Positions 9,668 through 20,400 are shown, numbered from the stretch's first letter. The stretch: DNA of 64,000 bases from an uncultured Candidatus Saccharibacteria bacterium (GCA_965231155.1 OZ246418.1:238850-302849); one strand, 5' to 3'. A program made the numbers and translations. Notes: generated by a model from the sequence alone, not told the origin.

Positions 9668-9937
9668 TTACTTGTTCTCAGTTTTCGATTCCAAGAGAGA
9701 ACTCACCCACTTCTTCAATTTGAGATAGAGAGCCTTCTCTTCATTAGACAAGAGGATGAGACCAAGTATCAACACTACGGCTGGCCAGGAGGTGAGGATG
9801 AGTTTTAGGTAGGTATCGATAAGACTTAATATATTTGTCAGAAAAACAAACGGATCGTACGACTGCACTAAGATGATAACGAGGATAATCGCCGTGACCG
9901 AAATTCCTGGGTTTTCTTTAATATAGTCTTTAATCAT
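9668..9937 (-). CDS. Small membrane protein
   Basis: Two hydrophobic segments; abuts CYTH gene. Confidence 0.6.
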   Translation of the reverse strand: MIKDYIKENPGISVTAIILVIILVQSYDPFVFLTNILSLIDTYLKLILTSWPAVVLILGLILLSNEEKALYLKLKKWVSSLLESKTENK

Positions 9938-10053
9938 TACGAATTATTGTAAGGCCTTATTCCTGTTTTTAACATAGAATTGACAGAAACACCTTCTGTG
10001 TCGTCGTGTGAAGCAATATTCCTATTCCTACTCTCATTATATAGAATGAACTG

Positions 10054-11088
10054 ATGCAACGAATTGTGGTCAAAGTTGGCACGAAAGCCATCTCGACTGA
10101 AAACGGAGGCCTCGATGAAACAATCCTCGAGAATCTCGCGGATCAGATTACCGCCCTCAGAAGGAAAGGGGTGGAGGTTGTCCTTGTCACTTCTGGAGCG
10201 GTGGGGGCCGGACGGGGCCTAATCAAAACCAAAGAAAAACAAGTTTTGGCAGCGGTAGGCCAGGTGAAACTGATGTCTCTCTATGCCGAGCTCTTTAGGA
10301 AGCGCGGTCATCTTTGTGCGCAAGTTCTCGTCACTAAAGAAGATTTCCGAGATCGTATTCACTACTTCAACATGCAAAGCTGTTTAGAAAACTTACTGCA
10401 AGAAAAAGTACTCCCGATTGTAAATGAGAATGACGTGATTGCAACCACCGAACTCTTCTTCACCGACAATGATGAACTGGCTGGGCTCCTCGCCTCCCAA
10501 CTCAACGCCGATACGGTTATCATCCTTACCAGCGTCGATGGAGTTCTGGCAGATGGCAAAATCATTCCAGAGATAAATTTTTCTACTATCCAAGAAATCC
10601 AGAAACATATCACTCCAGAGAAATCGACTTTTGGCCGAGGAGGAATGCTTACGAAGTTTGCAATCGCAAAGAAGCTGGCCCTCCAAGGCATTACCACCTA
10701 TATCGCCAATGGAAAGAAATCGAATGTTCTCATTGAACTTCTCAGAGGAGAAGTAGCAGGTACAAAATTTATTCCGCAAAAGAAACTGTCGGCATTGAAA
10801 AGACGGTTGGCCTATTCCGAAGGACTCACTCGAGGAACAGTTGCCGTGAACGACTGTACTGAAGAAATGCTTCTCTCTCAAAAAAAGATTATGAGCCTTC
10901 TACCCGTTGGTATTACAGCTGTTTCTGGAAATTTTAAGAAAGGAGATATTGTAGAGATAGTCACTCCACATAAAAAACGAATTGGTTTCGGAGTAGCTCA
11001 GTACGACTCAGAAAAGGCAAGGTTGGTGATTGGAAAAAAGAATATGAAACCATTCCTCCACTACAACTATCTATTTATTGACGGCTAA
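10054..11088 (+). CDS. proB: Glutamate 5-kinase with PUA domain
   Basis: VVKVGT, VTSGAV, NEND, DNDELA, GGMLTK. Confidence 0.95.
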   Translation: MQRIVVKVGTKAISTENGGLDETILENLADQITALRRKGVEVVLVTSGAVGAGRGLIKTKEKQVLAAVGQVKLMSLYAELFRKRGHLCAQVLVTKEDFRDRIHYFNMQSCLENLLQEKVLPIVNENDVIATTELFFTDNDELAGLLASQLNADTVIILTSVDGVLADGKIIPEINFSTIQEIQKHITPEKSTFGRGGMLTKFAIAKKLALQGITTYIANGKKSNVLIELLRGEVAGTKFIPQKKLSALKRRLAYSEGLTRGTVAVNDCTEEMLLSQKKIMSLLPVGITAVSGNFKKGDIVEIVTPHKKRIGFGVAQYDSEKARLVIGKKNMKPFLHYNYLFIDG

Positions 11089-11095
11089 GAATTAA

Positions 11096-11449
11096 CTAGA
11101 GATTGAATTCGAGTTGTTGTGGAGTCCTCGAAGTTTTTTTATGTTCTGCGATATCTTCAGTCGATGAAGTAGGTGAGATCTCCTGGGGAGTAGTCTTCTC
11201 CAAAATTTTTTCTACCTCGCGCTTCATACTTTCCAGAATATGCCTGGGAATAAAAATGGGTTCTCTTTGCACGTACAACCGACTCCCAGTCTCTACCACC
11301 CGGCCGTTACGATCGCGAGTAAATTGCAAAGTTGTACCACCATGGATTATTTCAATTGCATTCCCAACCTTCACCCAACAAAATTTCCAGTCGGGAGGAC
11401 AACCTCGTGTCTCTAAAGAGAGATCTCGCTCTATCGGCATCTTTTCCAT
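11096..11449 (-). CDS. Hypothetical protein
   Basis: ORF only. Confidence 0.5.
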   Translation of the reverse strand: MEKMPIERDLSLETRGCPPDWKFCWVKVGNAIEIIHGGTTLQFTRDRNGRVVETGSRLYVQREPIFIPRHILESMKREVEKILEKTTPQEISPTSSTEDIAEHKKTSRTPQQLEFNL

Positions 11450-11540
11450 ATGCCTTTATTGTACCAAATGGGAGAATGCTCCCTTGTTTGACTTAAACGA
11501 AGAGCGCGTGATAAAAGAACAGGAGAAAGGAGTCTTGCGG

Positions 11541-11771
11541 ATGGAGAAAGCTGTGTGGCAAAAAGAACTCATCCGAGATCTGGTTGGCGACGAACCAAAG
11601 GCGTTCGCTTATGATATCGGAGTGAGCCTTACGACTCTCTACAATTACATGAACGGAAGGCTCCCATCGACAGAGATTCTCTTCCGGATTGCTCGGTACA
11701 CTGGGCGTCCGATGGAGGATTTTCTGCGATCGCCTCAAGTCCAAACAGCAGAACTTCGACGAGTCGGCTAA
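11541..11771 (+). CDS. Small XRE/Cro-type HTH regulator
   Basis: SD AAGGAG; FAYDIGVSLTTLYNYMNGRLPS; TTGACT promoter upstream. Confidence 0.8.
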   Translation: MEKAVWQKELIRDLVGDEPKAFAYDIGVSLTTLYNYMNGRLPSTEILFRIARYTGRPMEDFLRSPQVQTAELRRVG

Positions 11772-11848
11772 AAGCACTAGAACATTTCTAGCGCTTTTTT
11801 ATTTATTAAAAAAAGAAAAAGCCCCAGGCACGTTGCAACGTGTGGAGC

Positions 11849-12160
11849 CTAGTGAGTAACGGTGGGCCGATGAGATCCCCTCGACTTACGCCGAGGAAGA
11901 CTCTGCTGAAGAGCAGTCGTATCGTCGGCGACAAGCCACTCCCTAACCTTCCCTACGACTCCCCGAGCACCCTTCTGCCTCAGAGCCTCCGCTCCGAGAT
12001 TCTGTACCGCCTCCCGCTCGGAAGAACCCGAAGCGCTTAGTCGAATGTCTGGTCCAAGTCCATGACCAGAACGCACAGGAGCCTCCCCTGGCCCCTTGGT
12101 AAGAATCTTGAGACCCATGCAGTCTATGACCGCGTGGGCTGTCCAAACAGTACTTTTCAT
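11849..12160 (-). CDS. Hypothetical protein
   Basis: SD GAGGTG before ATG at 12160. Confidence 0.5.
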   Translation of the reverse strand: MKSTVWTAHAVIDCMGLKILTKGPGEAPVRSGHGLGPDIRLSASGSSEREAVQNLGAEALRQKGARGVVGKVREWLVADDTTALQQSLPRRKSRGSHRPTVTH

Positions 12161-12306
12161 AATCACCTCGCTGAGCAGAAAATAACACAAAATGATAAAT
12201 CTGTACAGAGCCTGAAAGATCAATCAGGCTCAAGGGAAGTGATCCAAACTTTCGCCACAAAACTCGAATATGCTGGTTTTTTATTCTCCATAAAAAAGAG
12301 CTCGGC

Positions 12307-13068
12307 TTACGCAGCACGAGCTCGCACTTCATCAAGACCAAGGTGATGGCGAATCACTACCGGGAAACTATCATGGGTGAGGCAGTCGGTGTGCACAGTT
12401 TTCCGATGAAGAACCGGATAGATACTGCGCATAGCCTTCGTGCCAAGCACATGATTTGTTACCCCGGGAATGAAACAGCTTTCAGGAGGAGCAATTGGAT
12501 CGTGAGGCGTGGAAATCGTTACGATCCGTTCTCCTTCTTCAGAGAGTCGCTCGCGCATCTCCCTGAAATGAGCCGGCGGATCGCTCGGATCAAAACCGAG
12601 ACGATATCCAGCAAACCGTTGCAATGGCTCGAATGGCGTCCCCCAAATTGGAGAGCCCACTGCCACCACTAAAGGAATGAGTGGCCAGCTTCTTGCCACT
12701 GCTACCGCCTGAATCCCTCCAAGACTGTGACCGGCAAGGGCCATAATCTTTCTTCCTTGAGCGTAGATTGCATGAATCCCTTCTTGCAACAGCTCGAGAG
12801 AATCGTTGAGGGATAGGAGGTTGAGTCCGAGGTACCGATCACCGACCTGCGGAAAAATGACAGAAAACCCTGTTCGGCTCTCAATCGACTCTGCCCAATT
12901 TTGGTAGAGCACTGGATGAGAGCCAATACCTCCCACGAAGACGATGACTTCGTCAGCGGGTCGACGAGCGGCTGGACGACATTCTTTTTCTTCGCCCCCG
13001 CAGTAGAGCTTCCAAGCTCCATGCAACTCCCGAAGGAGTTGCGCCCGAGACATACCATTTTTTGCCAT
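12307..13068 (-). CDS. Alpha/beta hydrolase (lipase/esterase-like)
   Basis: GHSLGG nucleophile elbow, downstream D and H; SD GGAGGAGG. Confidence 0.85.
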   Translation of the reverse strand: MAKNGMSRAQLLRELHGAWKLYCGGEEKECRPAARRPADEVIVFVGGIGSHPVLYQNWAESIESRTGFSVIFPQVGDRYLGLNLLSLNDSLELLQEGIHAIYAQGRKIMALAGHSLGGIQAVAVARSWPLIPLVVAVGSPIWGTPFEPLQRFAGYRLGFDPSDPPAHFREMRERLSEEGERIVTISTPHDPIAPPESCFIPGVTNHVLGTKAMRSIYPVLHRKTVHTDCLTHDSFPVVIRHHLGLDEVRARAA

Positions 13069-13172
13069 GACCTCCTCCTTCGAGTTTTTGCTACCCTTAC
13101 TAATTTCATTATACACCACTCGGGAACTTCTTGAATGAAACAAAAAGCCGCATACCTTAGACAAGCAGCGGC

Positions 13173-13421
13173 TCACAGAAGAAGGTCGCCATGCACAATA
13201 TTAGTCATGGCATCCAGCATCCAGTGATGGTGATGCGCACACCAGTACTTTACCTTCCCAAACTCAGAGTGGAGATCTTGACCAACTCTCTTCCAACCAC
13301 AAGTAGGACAAAGAATGATGCTTCGAGAGGAGTCCTCCTCTTCATATCTTTCACCGTCTCGATAGGCCCTGACACCAAATCTTTTTGGTGGAGGGACATC
13401 TCCTTCATCAAGGAAACCCAT
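13173..13421 (-). CDS. Small putative Zn-binding protein
   Basis: CPTC...CAHHH; SD GGAGG. Confidence 0.55.
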   Translation of the reverse strand: MGFLDEGDVPPPKRFGVRAYRDGERYEEEDSSRSIILCPTCGWKRVGQDLHSEFGKVKYWCAHHHHWMLDAMTNIVHGDLLL

Positions 13422-13759
13422 AATGACCCTCCTTCCTCTTGTTTTCTCCTGACTCGGTCTATTCGTAGTATATCAAAATTAGATGAAAAACCTCTCCTCA
13501 GGTTTTTCATCTAATTCCCAAGAATAGGGGGATAAAAAAACAACTAGTGCTTCTTTGGTCCTTTCTTCTTTTTGTCGTCGTCGTGATCAGAATGCCCACT
13601 CCCGTGAAGTCGACTAAAAAATACAAGAACACCGAAGAGTATAACGATTTGCCAGAAAACCATATGGGTAAAGTATACCGTTTTTTCTGTATTAATACGA
13701 GAAATAAAAACCCCGCGTAGAGTATATCTACAACGGGGAAACTGAAAGAGCTAACGGCC

Positions 13760-14044
13760 CTAGGGCTTCTTGGTTGCCCGGGCCGCCTTTGTCCTGGCTT
13801 GGCTGCGTTGCTGTTCAGCTTTATTGGCGACTTTCGCCTGGAGTCCGGGAGGACATCCCAACTCGAGAAGCTTAGAAAGCACCTCCGGGTCAATGCTCGT
13901 TTTCACCGCACAACGAAAGGCCGAGAGCCACCGACTGGTGGCACGCTCCTTGGCTCGGTACAGTTCAGCGAGCGTACGATAGAGCGCCTCAGGATCGTCT
14001 CGAGCCAGGTCGGCAATCGACTGTTTCTTTGTCCGCTGATACAT
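13760..14044 (-). CDS. Hypothetical protein
   Basis: SD GAGGAGG; own promoter-like sequence. Confidence 0.55.
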   Translation of the reverse strand: MYQRTKKQSIADLARDDPEALYRTLAELYRAKERATSRWLSAFRCAVKTSIDPEVLSKLLELGCPPGLQAKVANKAEQQRSQARTKAARATKKP

Positions 14045-14121
14045 TCTTCCTCCTCGCCATTAGAGATGGGGCTTCAAGTGTTATAAACAATTCTATCCCC
14101 TCTGACAATAGAAAAAGGAGT

Positions 14122-15324
14122 TTAGTTCAAATAACTTTTTATGTCCCTCAAAATTACATCACTCGCAACGGAGTAGGAGTTCGTGCGATCCCTACTATCA
14201 AGTGCCGTGACAAGACCAATTACGTACCCTCGCCAGAAGAGCGGTGAACCAGATCGTCCATGATAAATCTCCATTTTAGTAACAATACTCAGTGGCGTTC
14301 CTTTATAATACTGATCACCTTCTTCAATCTGCACAATTCTTCCAACACTTCCTGTGAAATAGAGTGTTTCAAAATCACTCTGTTTTCCTTCTGTAACATC
14401 TCCGGGGAATCCGTAGGTAAACACTTCTTTATTCGGGATATCTAAGTCCTTGAGTGGCAAAAGTCTGGCATACTCAAACGAAGCAGGGAGCGAGGAGATA
14501 CCAAATGTCGGCGCTTCGTCGGTCAGTCCAACAATTTTCAATAATGCAAAATCAGCCATAAAACTCTCTCCCTCACTCATTCCTAATCGGTCCCGCACAT
14601 AGATCTTTTGCAGTTTATATCCAAGAACTGGTACCTGGGCACTTGGGTTATAGGTAAGAATTTCTTGTTTTGTAGGTAGTACCAACCCCCGAGCAACTCT
14701 TCCCGCACGGCAACTCCGTAAACTAAAATGTAGTGTCACTGAATAGCTATTTCCATTTATCTCCAAATTTGCCTCTTGCTCCTCACGCTCCAAAACGTGA
14801 CGATTGGTAATCACATACCCTCGTGGATCAATAATTACTCCCGAACCTTTCTGTTCAGTCTTCCCGTCCACTCGCGCCCCAGTCAGCGGATTCAAGAAAA
14901 AATAATCATAATCACAAACAATACCAAGAATACTTTGTGGATTGATAGATTGCTCTGAGGGAGGTTCTTTTACGGGAGTTATAGTAGTCGGTGAAGTAGT
15001 TGCTGATGAAGTCTGAGTTGGTAAAATATTTTTCAGAGTGGCCACTGGTTTCAGCGGAGGGACGGATGAATCTACTGAAGGAATTTTGATGTTCAGTTCG
15101 CTCGATGAAGCATTGTCGAAGGTGGGAATATTTTTAGAAGATGAATGGAACTGGAGAGACGAACTGCCCTTCTGAGTCGAAGTCACAACCACTTCCGACG
15201 ATTGTACTTCGAAACCACCTTGATCGTTTTCCACAATATCAATGGATACCTGAGAAGTTCTCAGCAAAAATAAAACAGCAACAAAAAGCACTAGTAGTCC
15301 TCCTAATAAGAACTTTTCTTTCAT
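14122..15324 (-). CDS. Membrane-anchored trypsin-like serine protease
   Basis: N-terminal TM, GSGVII, TNRHV, DFALLK, GRSGSP. Confidence 0.85.
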   Translation of the reverse strand: MKEKFLLGGLLVLFVAVLFLLRTSQVSIDIVENDQGGFEVQSSEVVVTSTQKGSSSLQFHSSSKNIPTFDNASSSELNIKIPSVDSSVPPLKPVATLKNILPTQTSSATTSPTTITPVKEPPSEQSINPQSILGIVCDYDYFFLNPLTGARVDGKTEQKGSGVIIDPRGYVITNRHVLEREEQEANLEINGNSYSVTLHFSLRSCRAGRVARGLVLPTKQEILTYNPSAQVPVLGYKLQKIYVRDRLGMSEGESFMADFALLKIVGLTDEAPTFGISSLPASFEYARLLPLKDLDIPNKEVFTYGFPGDVTEGKQSDFETLYFTGSVGRIVQIEEGDQYYKGTPLSIVTKMEIYHGRSGSPLFWRGYVIGLVTALDSRDRTNSYSVASDVILRDIKSYLN

Positions 15325-15528
15325 AACTTTATACTACTACTTCTCGAACCAGAAACAATTCGTGCTGTCTCTCGAGCAGTAAACAAAAAAAATCCCGGTG
15401 CGTATGCCACGGGAAATAAGAATCATCACTCTTTCTTCGAGAACGCTCGACGGAAACGTAGCAATTGACGAGAAGAAATCTTCCGCATATAAAGATTCCA
15501 GCACACATTCTCTATTCCGGAGGAGCTC

Positions 15529-16002
15529 ATGCCACGACAATCGGCTTTTGTGAAAGTTTCCGGAGATGTTTGCACCTCTCCGGTGTTTCTGGAATTTGTC
15601 CGCTCTATCAGCCACAACTACGAAGTAGTTGTCTGTGTCGGCGGGGGAACTCAGATCAACCAAGCCTTCCTTGAAGCTGGCTTGCTAGTCGAAAAATATG
15701 GACCACTGGGCCGAGAAACCAAATCGCTCAGAGAACGCCAGCTGGCTCGAGATGTTCTCGAAGAAAATAAGATTGCCGTGCAAGACGCACTGGAATCACT
15801 GAAAATCTCGGCAACCGTCGTTATCCCCGTATTAGACATTGGCTCCGTTCTCTGTCATGTGAACGGCGATCAGATGATCCGCACGGTCTACTTGGGATTC
15901 GATAAACTCTATGTCGTCACCACAGGCGACAGAGTATCCCAAAAGAGGAAAGAATTTGCCAGCCTCCCTAAAGTCGAAGTTGTTTCCCTCTCACCATCCT
16001 GA
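15529..16002 (+). CDS. Short amino-acid-kinase-fold protein
   Basis: FVKVSGD, VCVGGGTQIN, HVNGD resemble the NAGK N-domain. Confidence 0.65.
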   Translation: MPRQSAFVKVSGDVCTSPVFLEFVRSISHNYEVVVCVGGGTQINQAFLEAGLLVEKYGPLGRETKSLRERQLARDVLEENKIAVQDALESLKISATVVIPVLDIGSVLCHVNGDQMIRTVYLGFDKLYVVTTGDRVSQKRKEFASLPKVEVVSLSPS

Positions 16003-16090
16003 CCCACGGATGGTTTTTATTTTTCTCAAACTCAATTTGACAATGACCTCACAAAAATCTAATAATTCCTCTTAGAGGAGGATTTTTGAG

Positions 16091-16456
16091 ATGAGGAAAT
16101 TTTTAGGAGTAATGGTTCTCCTGTTCTTTGTGACTCCAGTGACTCTGTCCGCAACAAAAGCGGATGAAAACCTGGAGATCGCCCGAAGAGTCAAGGATGC
16201 GCTTCGGGAAAAATACCTCGCGACGAGGGTGATGGCCGAGTGTCTTAACTCACCAGACTGCGAGAAGGAGTTGGGAATTAAAGTTCCTGCAAGCACTGAT
16301 GTGATGGTCGTCGTTCGCGTGAACTCCCAAGAACTTCATCAGTGGGAGATCTACGTCACTCAACCAGGGACAGACAACCCCCCGGTGCTGGTCCGATTCA
16401 ACTTCTTCACGCAGGAAACCCCTCCCTGTTTGGAAGAGCGCAAGATACCAATATAA
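16091..16456 (+). CDS. Secreted hypothetical protein
   Basis: SD GAGGAGG, signal peptide, TTGACA promoter. Confidence 0.65.
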   Translation: MRKFLGVMVLLFFVTPVTLSATKADENLEIARRVKDALREKYLATRVMAECLNSPDCEKELGIKVPASTDVMVVVRVNSQELHQWEIYVTQPGTDNPPVLVRFNFFTQETPPCLEERKIPI

Positions 16457-16574
16457 ACCTGACAGAGACGCTATCTCTTCGGGTTTTTTTATTTTTTAAA
16501 AAGAAAAAACTATCTCTTACTTATACTCCTACTCTCCTGATGGTATAGTAATAAGACTACCTCCTCTTTTCTTC

Positions 16575-18083
16575 ATGCGTAACTTTCTCGTCTCCATCCT
16601 TCGATCAATTGAAAAAGGGCTTTCGGAAAATCCCTACATTATTCGCTGGTGGACACGCTACCCTCGATTATCAAGTTTCCTCCAGAAAAGACTTACCGTG
16701 AGAAGTCGCTATGGCTTCTTTTTTTCCCTAGGAGTTCTCATTAGTCTTTTTATTTTTTCCTACTTTCTGAAAACAGCAAATATACTATTCCGTAATCCAC
16801 TCGAAACTCCTGATATTCGAATTGCCAATCTCTTCCTCGTCTATCGCCATCCAGCAGTTGAGCAAATACTCCTTTTCTTCACCCATCTCGCACACTGGCA
16901 AACGATCTGTAGCCTTGGTGCAATCGTCCTCCTTCTCCTCTTGCTCCAAAAAAGAAAGAGGGAGGCCTGGTTTTTCTTCGGAGGAGTAGCGATGAGTGGT
17001 CTTATTCTTCTCTTATTTAAAAGTTTCTTTCAAAGAAGCCGCCCGGATGAAATCTACGCGCTACTCGTCGAACACAGCCACTCCTTTCCCAGTGGACATG
17101 CAACTCTCTCGGTGGTCTTCTACGGTCTCATCGCCTATGGCCTCATACGACAGACAAATAAACGCGCCCGGAAAGAACTCATCGGACTAGGAGCAATTCT
17201 TTTGATTTTTACTATCGGCCTGTCGCGAGTCTATCTTGGCGTGCACTGGACCTCGGATGTCATTGGCGGTTGGTATCTCGGATCGGCATTACTTGTTTTT
17301 ATCATCACCCTCTTCAAAGAGCGTGAACGGAGTGTACCGCTCATACGAGAAACCTCACCCACAAATAAAAAAATAAAAAGCTTGGCACTCGTCCTACTCC
17401 TTCTCGAGTTTGAATTTGTTTTTCTCCTCTTCCAGAATCAGCCCCTCCTCGAACTCCCCCAACAACAAACAATTTCTTTTAATCTCTCGACCACCACTTC
17501 TTCTAGCCTGGAAACAACAATCCTGAATAATAACTTTCCAAAATTTAGTGAAACATTAACTGGGGAAAAGATGTCGCCAGTTAGTTTCGTAGTCGTTGGT
17601 TCCGAGGAAAAAATAATCACTGCCTTCAAGACAGCCGGATGGTTCTTGGCCGAGAAGCCGAACTTAGGGAATCTCCTCTACCTAGCCTACGCGGCCATCA
17701 CGAATAAACCCTATCCAACTGCACCGGTCACTCCAACCTTTCTCGACGCCCAGCCAGAAGATATGGCTTTCCAAAAAGCGACCGAAGCAAACTCGGTCAA
17801 AGAACGACACCACACTCGTTTCTGGAAAACCAACTTCTCTTTCGAGAATCAACCGTTATGGATCGCCACCGCCAGCTTTGATGCAGGTCTTCGCTACTTT
17901 ATTACTCACCGTATCGCTCCTGATATCGACACCGAGCGCGATTATATAAAAAATGATCTCATGCAAACTGGCATGATCCACGAGATCAAAGAGGTACAAC
18001 TTGTCCGACCAGTCCTAGGGAAAAATCAAATTGGTGATCAGTTTTTCACCAACGGCCGAGCATACCTCATTATTCTTAAATAA
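16575..18083 (+). CDS. PAP2 phosphatase fused to LssY-like C-terminal domain
   Basis: K..FQRSRP, SFPSGH, SRVYLGVHWTSDV; RHHTRFW, DIDTERD. Confidence 0.9.
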   Translation: MRNFLVSILRSIEKGLSENPYIIRWWTRYPRLSSFLQKRLTVRSRYGFFFSLGVLISLFIFSYFLKTANILFRNPLETPDIRIANLFLVYRHPAVEQILLFFTHLAHWQTICSLGAIVLLLLLLQKRKREAWFFFGGVAMSGLILLLFKSFFQRSRPDEIYALLVEHSHSFPSGHATLSVVFYGLIAYGLIRQTNKRARKELIGLGAILLIFTIGLSRVYLGVHWTSDVIGGWYLGSALLVFIITLFKERERSVPLIRETSPTNKKIKSLALVLLLLEFEFVFLLFQNQPLLELPQQQTISFNLSTTTSSSLETTILNNNFPKFSETLTGEKMSPVSFVVVGSEEKIITAFKTAGWFLAEKPNLGNLLYLAYAAITNKPYPTAPVTPTFLDAQPEDMAFQKATEANSVKERHHTRFWKTNFSFENQPLWIATASFDAGLRYFITHRIAPDIDTERDYIKNDLMQTGMIHEIKEVQLVRPVLGKNQIGDQFFTNGRAYLIILK

Positions 18084-18113
18084 AAAACCGCAGGCTCTAA
18101 AGAGAGTGCGGTA

Positions 18114-18380
18114 CTATTTCTTGTCGTATGTGATCGGCTCGCCGGAAAGCTCGAGCTCGAGATCGGAGTAGATACTCCCCCCGCCATACTCATGGACGGA
18201 GAGAATACGCACGGGAAAGCTCGTTGGCCTTCCCCGGAAAGAACATCCAAGCCTGATCTCTTCCCCAGGCTTGATCTCGCTACTGAGCGAACCGATACAA
18301 ACTCTCTGGAGAACGCACCTCCGAGTCACGATGAGAGTTGCAATCAGTTCTTCCTTTGCCTCGAAACTGATCTCCGCCAT
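18114..18380 (-). CDS. Hypothetical protein
   Basis: SD GAGGTG; terminator right after stop. Confidence 0.5.
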   Translation of the reverse strand: MAEISFEAKEELIATLIVTRRCVLQRVCIGSLSSEIKPGEEIRLGCSFRGRPTSFPVRILSVHEYGGGSIYSDLELELSGEPITYDKK

Positions 18381-18470
18381 AGGGGGCACCTCTGCGGCCA
18401 GTATATGCAACCAGTAGAAGGGAGTCAAATAAAAAAGGCCTGAAATAGTGAGACTATCCAGACCTAGTAA

Positions 18471-18695
18471 TCACCGGCGAGAATTCTGAGAAGTACGAGA
18501 AGTGGGCCAACTGTTCTCTTGGTAGAGATCCCAAGCAACCCACGGAGAAAAGACGAAGATGCAGACATTGATGAGCAGGCACTCCTGCCAATCCATCGGA
18601 GTCAGAACGGTACCGTTCTTTCGTCGTTCGTGAGCTGCTTTCAGCGTCACGAAGACATAGCAAGTGAGCCACATGGTTCCAAGAATCCAACCCAT
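18471..18695 (-). CDS. Small membrane protein
   Basis: SD AAGGAGG; two hydrophobic segments. Confidence 0.5.
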   Translation of the reverse strand: MGWILGTMWLTCYVFVTLKAAHERRKNGTVLTPMDWQECLLINVCIFVFSPWVAWDLYQENSWPTSRTSQNSRR

Positions 18696-18862
18696 CTTCT
18701 GCTCCTCCTTTGGTTTCTCCCAAACTGAAAAAAGTATCCTCGATATTCATCTTCCAGTCAATGAATCTGAGGACAATAATCGATTAGATCTTTTGGTATA
18801 TTTTTACTCAAAAATAAAAAGGGTAGGAGATCCTAAGATTTCCTACCCAAGAATTAAAACGA

Positions 18863-19132
18863 CTATTCCACCAGAGTCGATCTGGCCTCGACGCAAACGA
18901 CGTCGAGCAGATCGTCGATGCTCTCGAAGGGAGCCTCCCCGAAGTGAGAGGTGATCCTCTCTTCCGGGAGAACAATCTCCACCTCGACCACCCTCTCAAC
19001 TACAATCAGTCCGAGACGGAGCGTCTCCGTCCGGATGAATCGGATCGTCGGTAGCAGAACTGCCTCGCCATCAGGCGAGACAAAAACTACCATCTCGACC
19101 TGTGCCCTTCTTCTCTGAGCTACAACCTTCAT
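18863..19132 (-). CDS. Hypothetical protein
   Basis: SD, TTGACA promoter and terminator. Confidence 0.55.
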   Translation of the reverse strand: MKVVAQRRRAQVEMVVFVSPDGEAVLLPTIRFIRTETLRLGLIVVERVVEVEIVLPEERITSHFGEAPFESIDDLLDVVCVEARSTLVE

Positions 19133-19207
19133 GTCCTTTTCCTTTCTAGCTCCCCCGTTAAACTAGGAAAATTTATACAATTTAAAAAAATATTTGTCAA
19201 TAATGAT

Positions 19208-19241
19208 AAAAAACCGCACGCCTCGAAAGTGAGGGGGGCGG
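19208..19241 (-). terminator. Intrinsic terminator, near-identical to 20401-20433
   Basis: CCGC...GCGG stem followed by U-tract on minus strand. Confidence 0.75.
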
Positions 19242-19324
19242 ATTAGTTCAGAGGAAAAATATAAAAGAAAAAGCCCAGAACAGCGATTGCTGTTCTGGGC
19301 TTTAAAAAGGATGTGTCTCTGTCC

Positions 19325-20284
19325 TTAGGCCTGGGCAGAGACTCCAGCCGAAGAAGCGTCGTGGTCCCTCCCGTTGGCCTTAGCGTTTGCCATCGCATGT
19401 TGCATGGCAGAGATCTTCCCGATGTCGAACTCGCCGCCCATCCCCATGGGAATGACGACAACATTGCCCGGACCGTTGGCGGCGTCGCGGATGGTATCAC
19501 GCATGTCCATCCGTTCGAGAAGACCCATGATCTCAGCGTGATTGAAGTCATCGCCGAGTGCTGCCTTCATCCCATCGACGACCGTTCTCCGTTGTTCGAT
19601 GTAGGACTTGGCACGAATCTCCTGTCCCTCGGCATGAGCCCTCGCCTCGCCGAGGATCTTCGCCCTCTTGGCGTTGGCTTCGTTTTCTGCCGCCTCGAGT
19701 TCACGTTTCGAAGAAATGACGCGATCAAACGCGGCGCGAACTTCATCGCTGGGCTGGGGTTGGTCGACGAGCACACTCACGACCTCCTGGCCATACTGTT
19801 CGAACCGCTCCTTCAATGCATGGAGAACAGCGTGCTGGAACTCCTCGCGAGAAGAAAAGACTTCCTCCATCGTCATGGTGTTGGTGTGAGCTCGGACGAA
19901 GTTCTCGATGTAGGACATGATCTGCTCTTCGGAATCCTGAAGCTCGTAGACAGCTTCATAGACCTTCTCGAGTAAGATCTTCAGTTGCGCCTTGATCGGA
20001 ATGATCAAGAATGCATTGTCCTTCGTCTTCACGCCGATCTCCTTCGCAAGCTCGTAGGTTCTGAGGTCAGCCTCATCTGCAACTCGACCGAAGGGGAAGG
20101 GCATCTTGAACGATAGTCCCGCCTCCCGATAGCCGACGTACCTGCCGAGGACCTCGATCATCTTCACCGTCTTCTGTTGTGTGATGACGATGCAAGTACT
20201 GAGCCATCCCATGATGACCGACAGGATGATCGGTCCGAAAACCCACCACAGGTTGAACACCTCTTCCTCGTACCCGTTTCGCAT
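19325..20284 (-). CDS. SPFH/band 7 domain protein
   Basis: N-terminal TM, VKTKDN, coiled-coil AEN.A.A; visibly GC-richer than flanks. Confidence 0.9.
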   Translation of the reverse strand: MRNGYEEEVFNLWWVFGPIILSVIMGWLSTCIVITQQKTVKMIEVLGRYVGYREAGLSFKMPFPFGRVADEADLRTYELAKEIGVKTKDNAFLIIPIKAQLKILLEKVYEAVYELQDSEEQIMSYIENFVRAHTNTMTMEEVFSSREEFQHAVLHALKERFEQYGQEVVSVLVDQPQPSDEVRAAFDRVISSKRELEAAENEANAKRAKILGEARAHAEGQEIRAKSYIEQRRTVVDGMKAALGDDFNHAEIMGLLERMDMRDTIRDAANGPGNVVVIPMGMGGEFDIGKISAMQHAMANAKANGRDHDASSAGVSAQA

Positions 20285-20400
20285 GTTATTACCTTTCTGT
20301 TATGTTCTCGGCCCGCCGAATGGTCAGGACTTACAAGAAATTGCTATTGCATATTATAAATTATAAAATTAATTATGTCAAATAAGTTGGTAACTAAATA

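Noticed and set aside
19313-19975. Long antisense ORFs (also 5632-6207, 2269-2637, 43144-43659, 54077-54589)
   Set aside because: They shadow well-supported opposite-strand genes or a tRNA and show no motifs.
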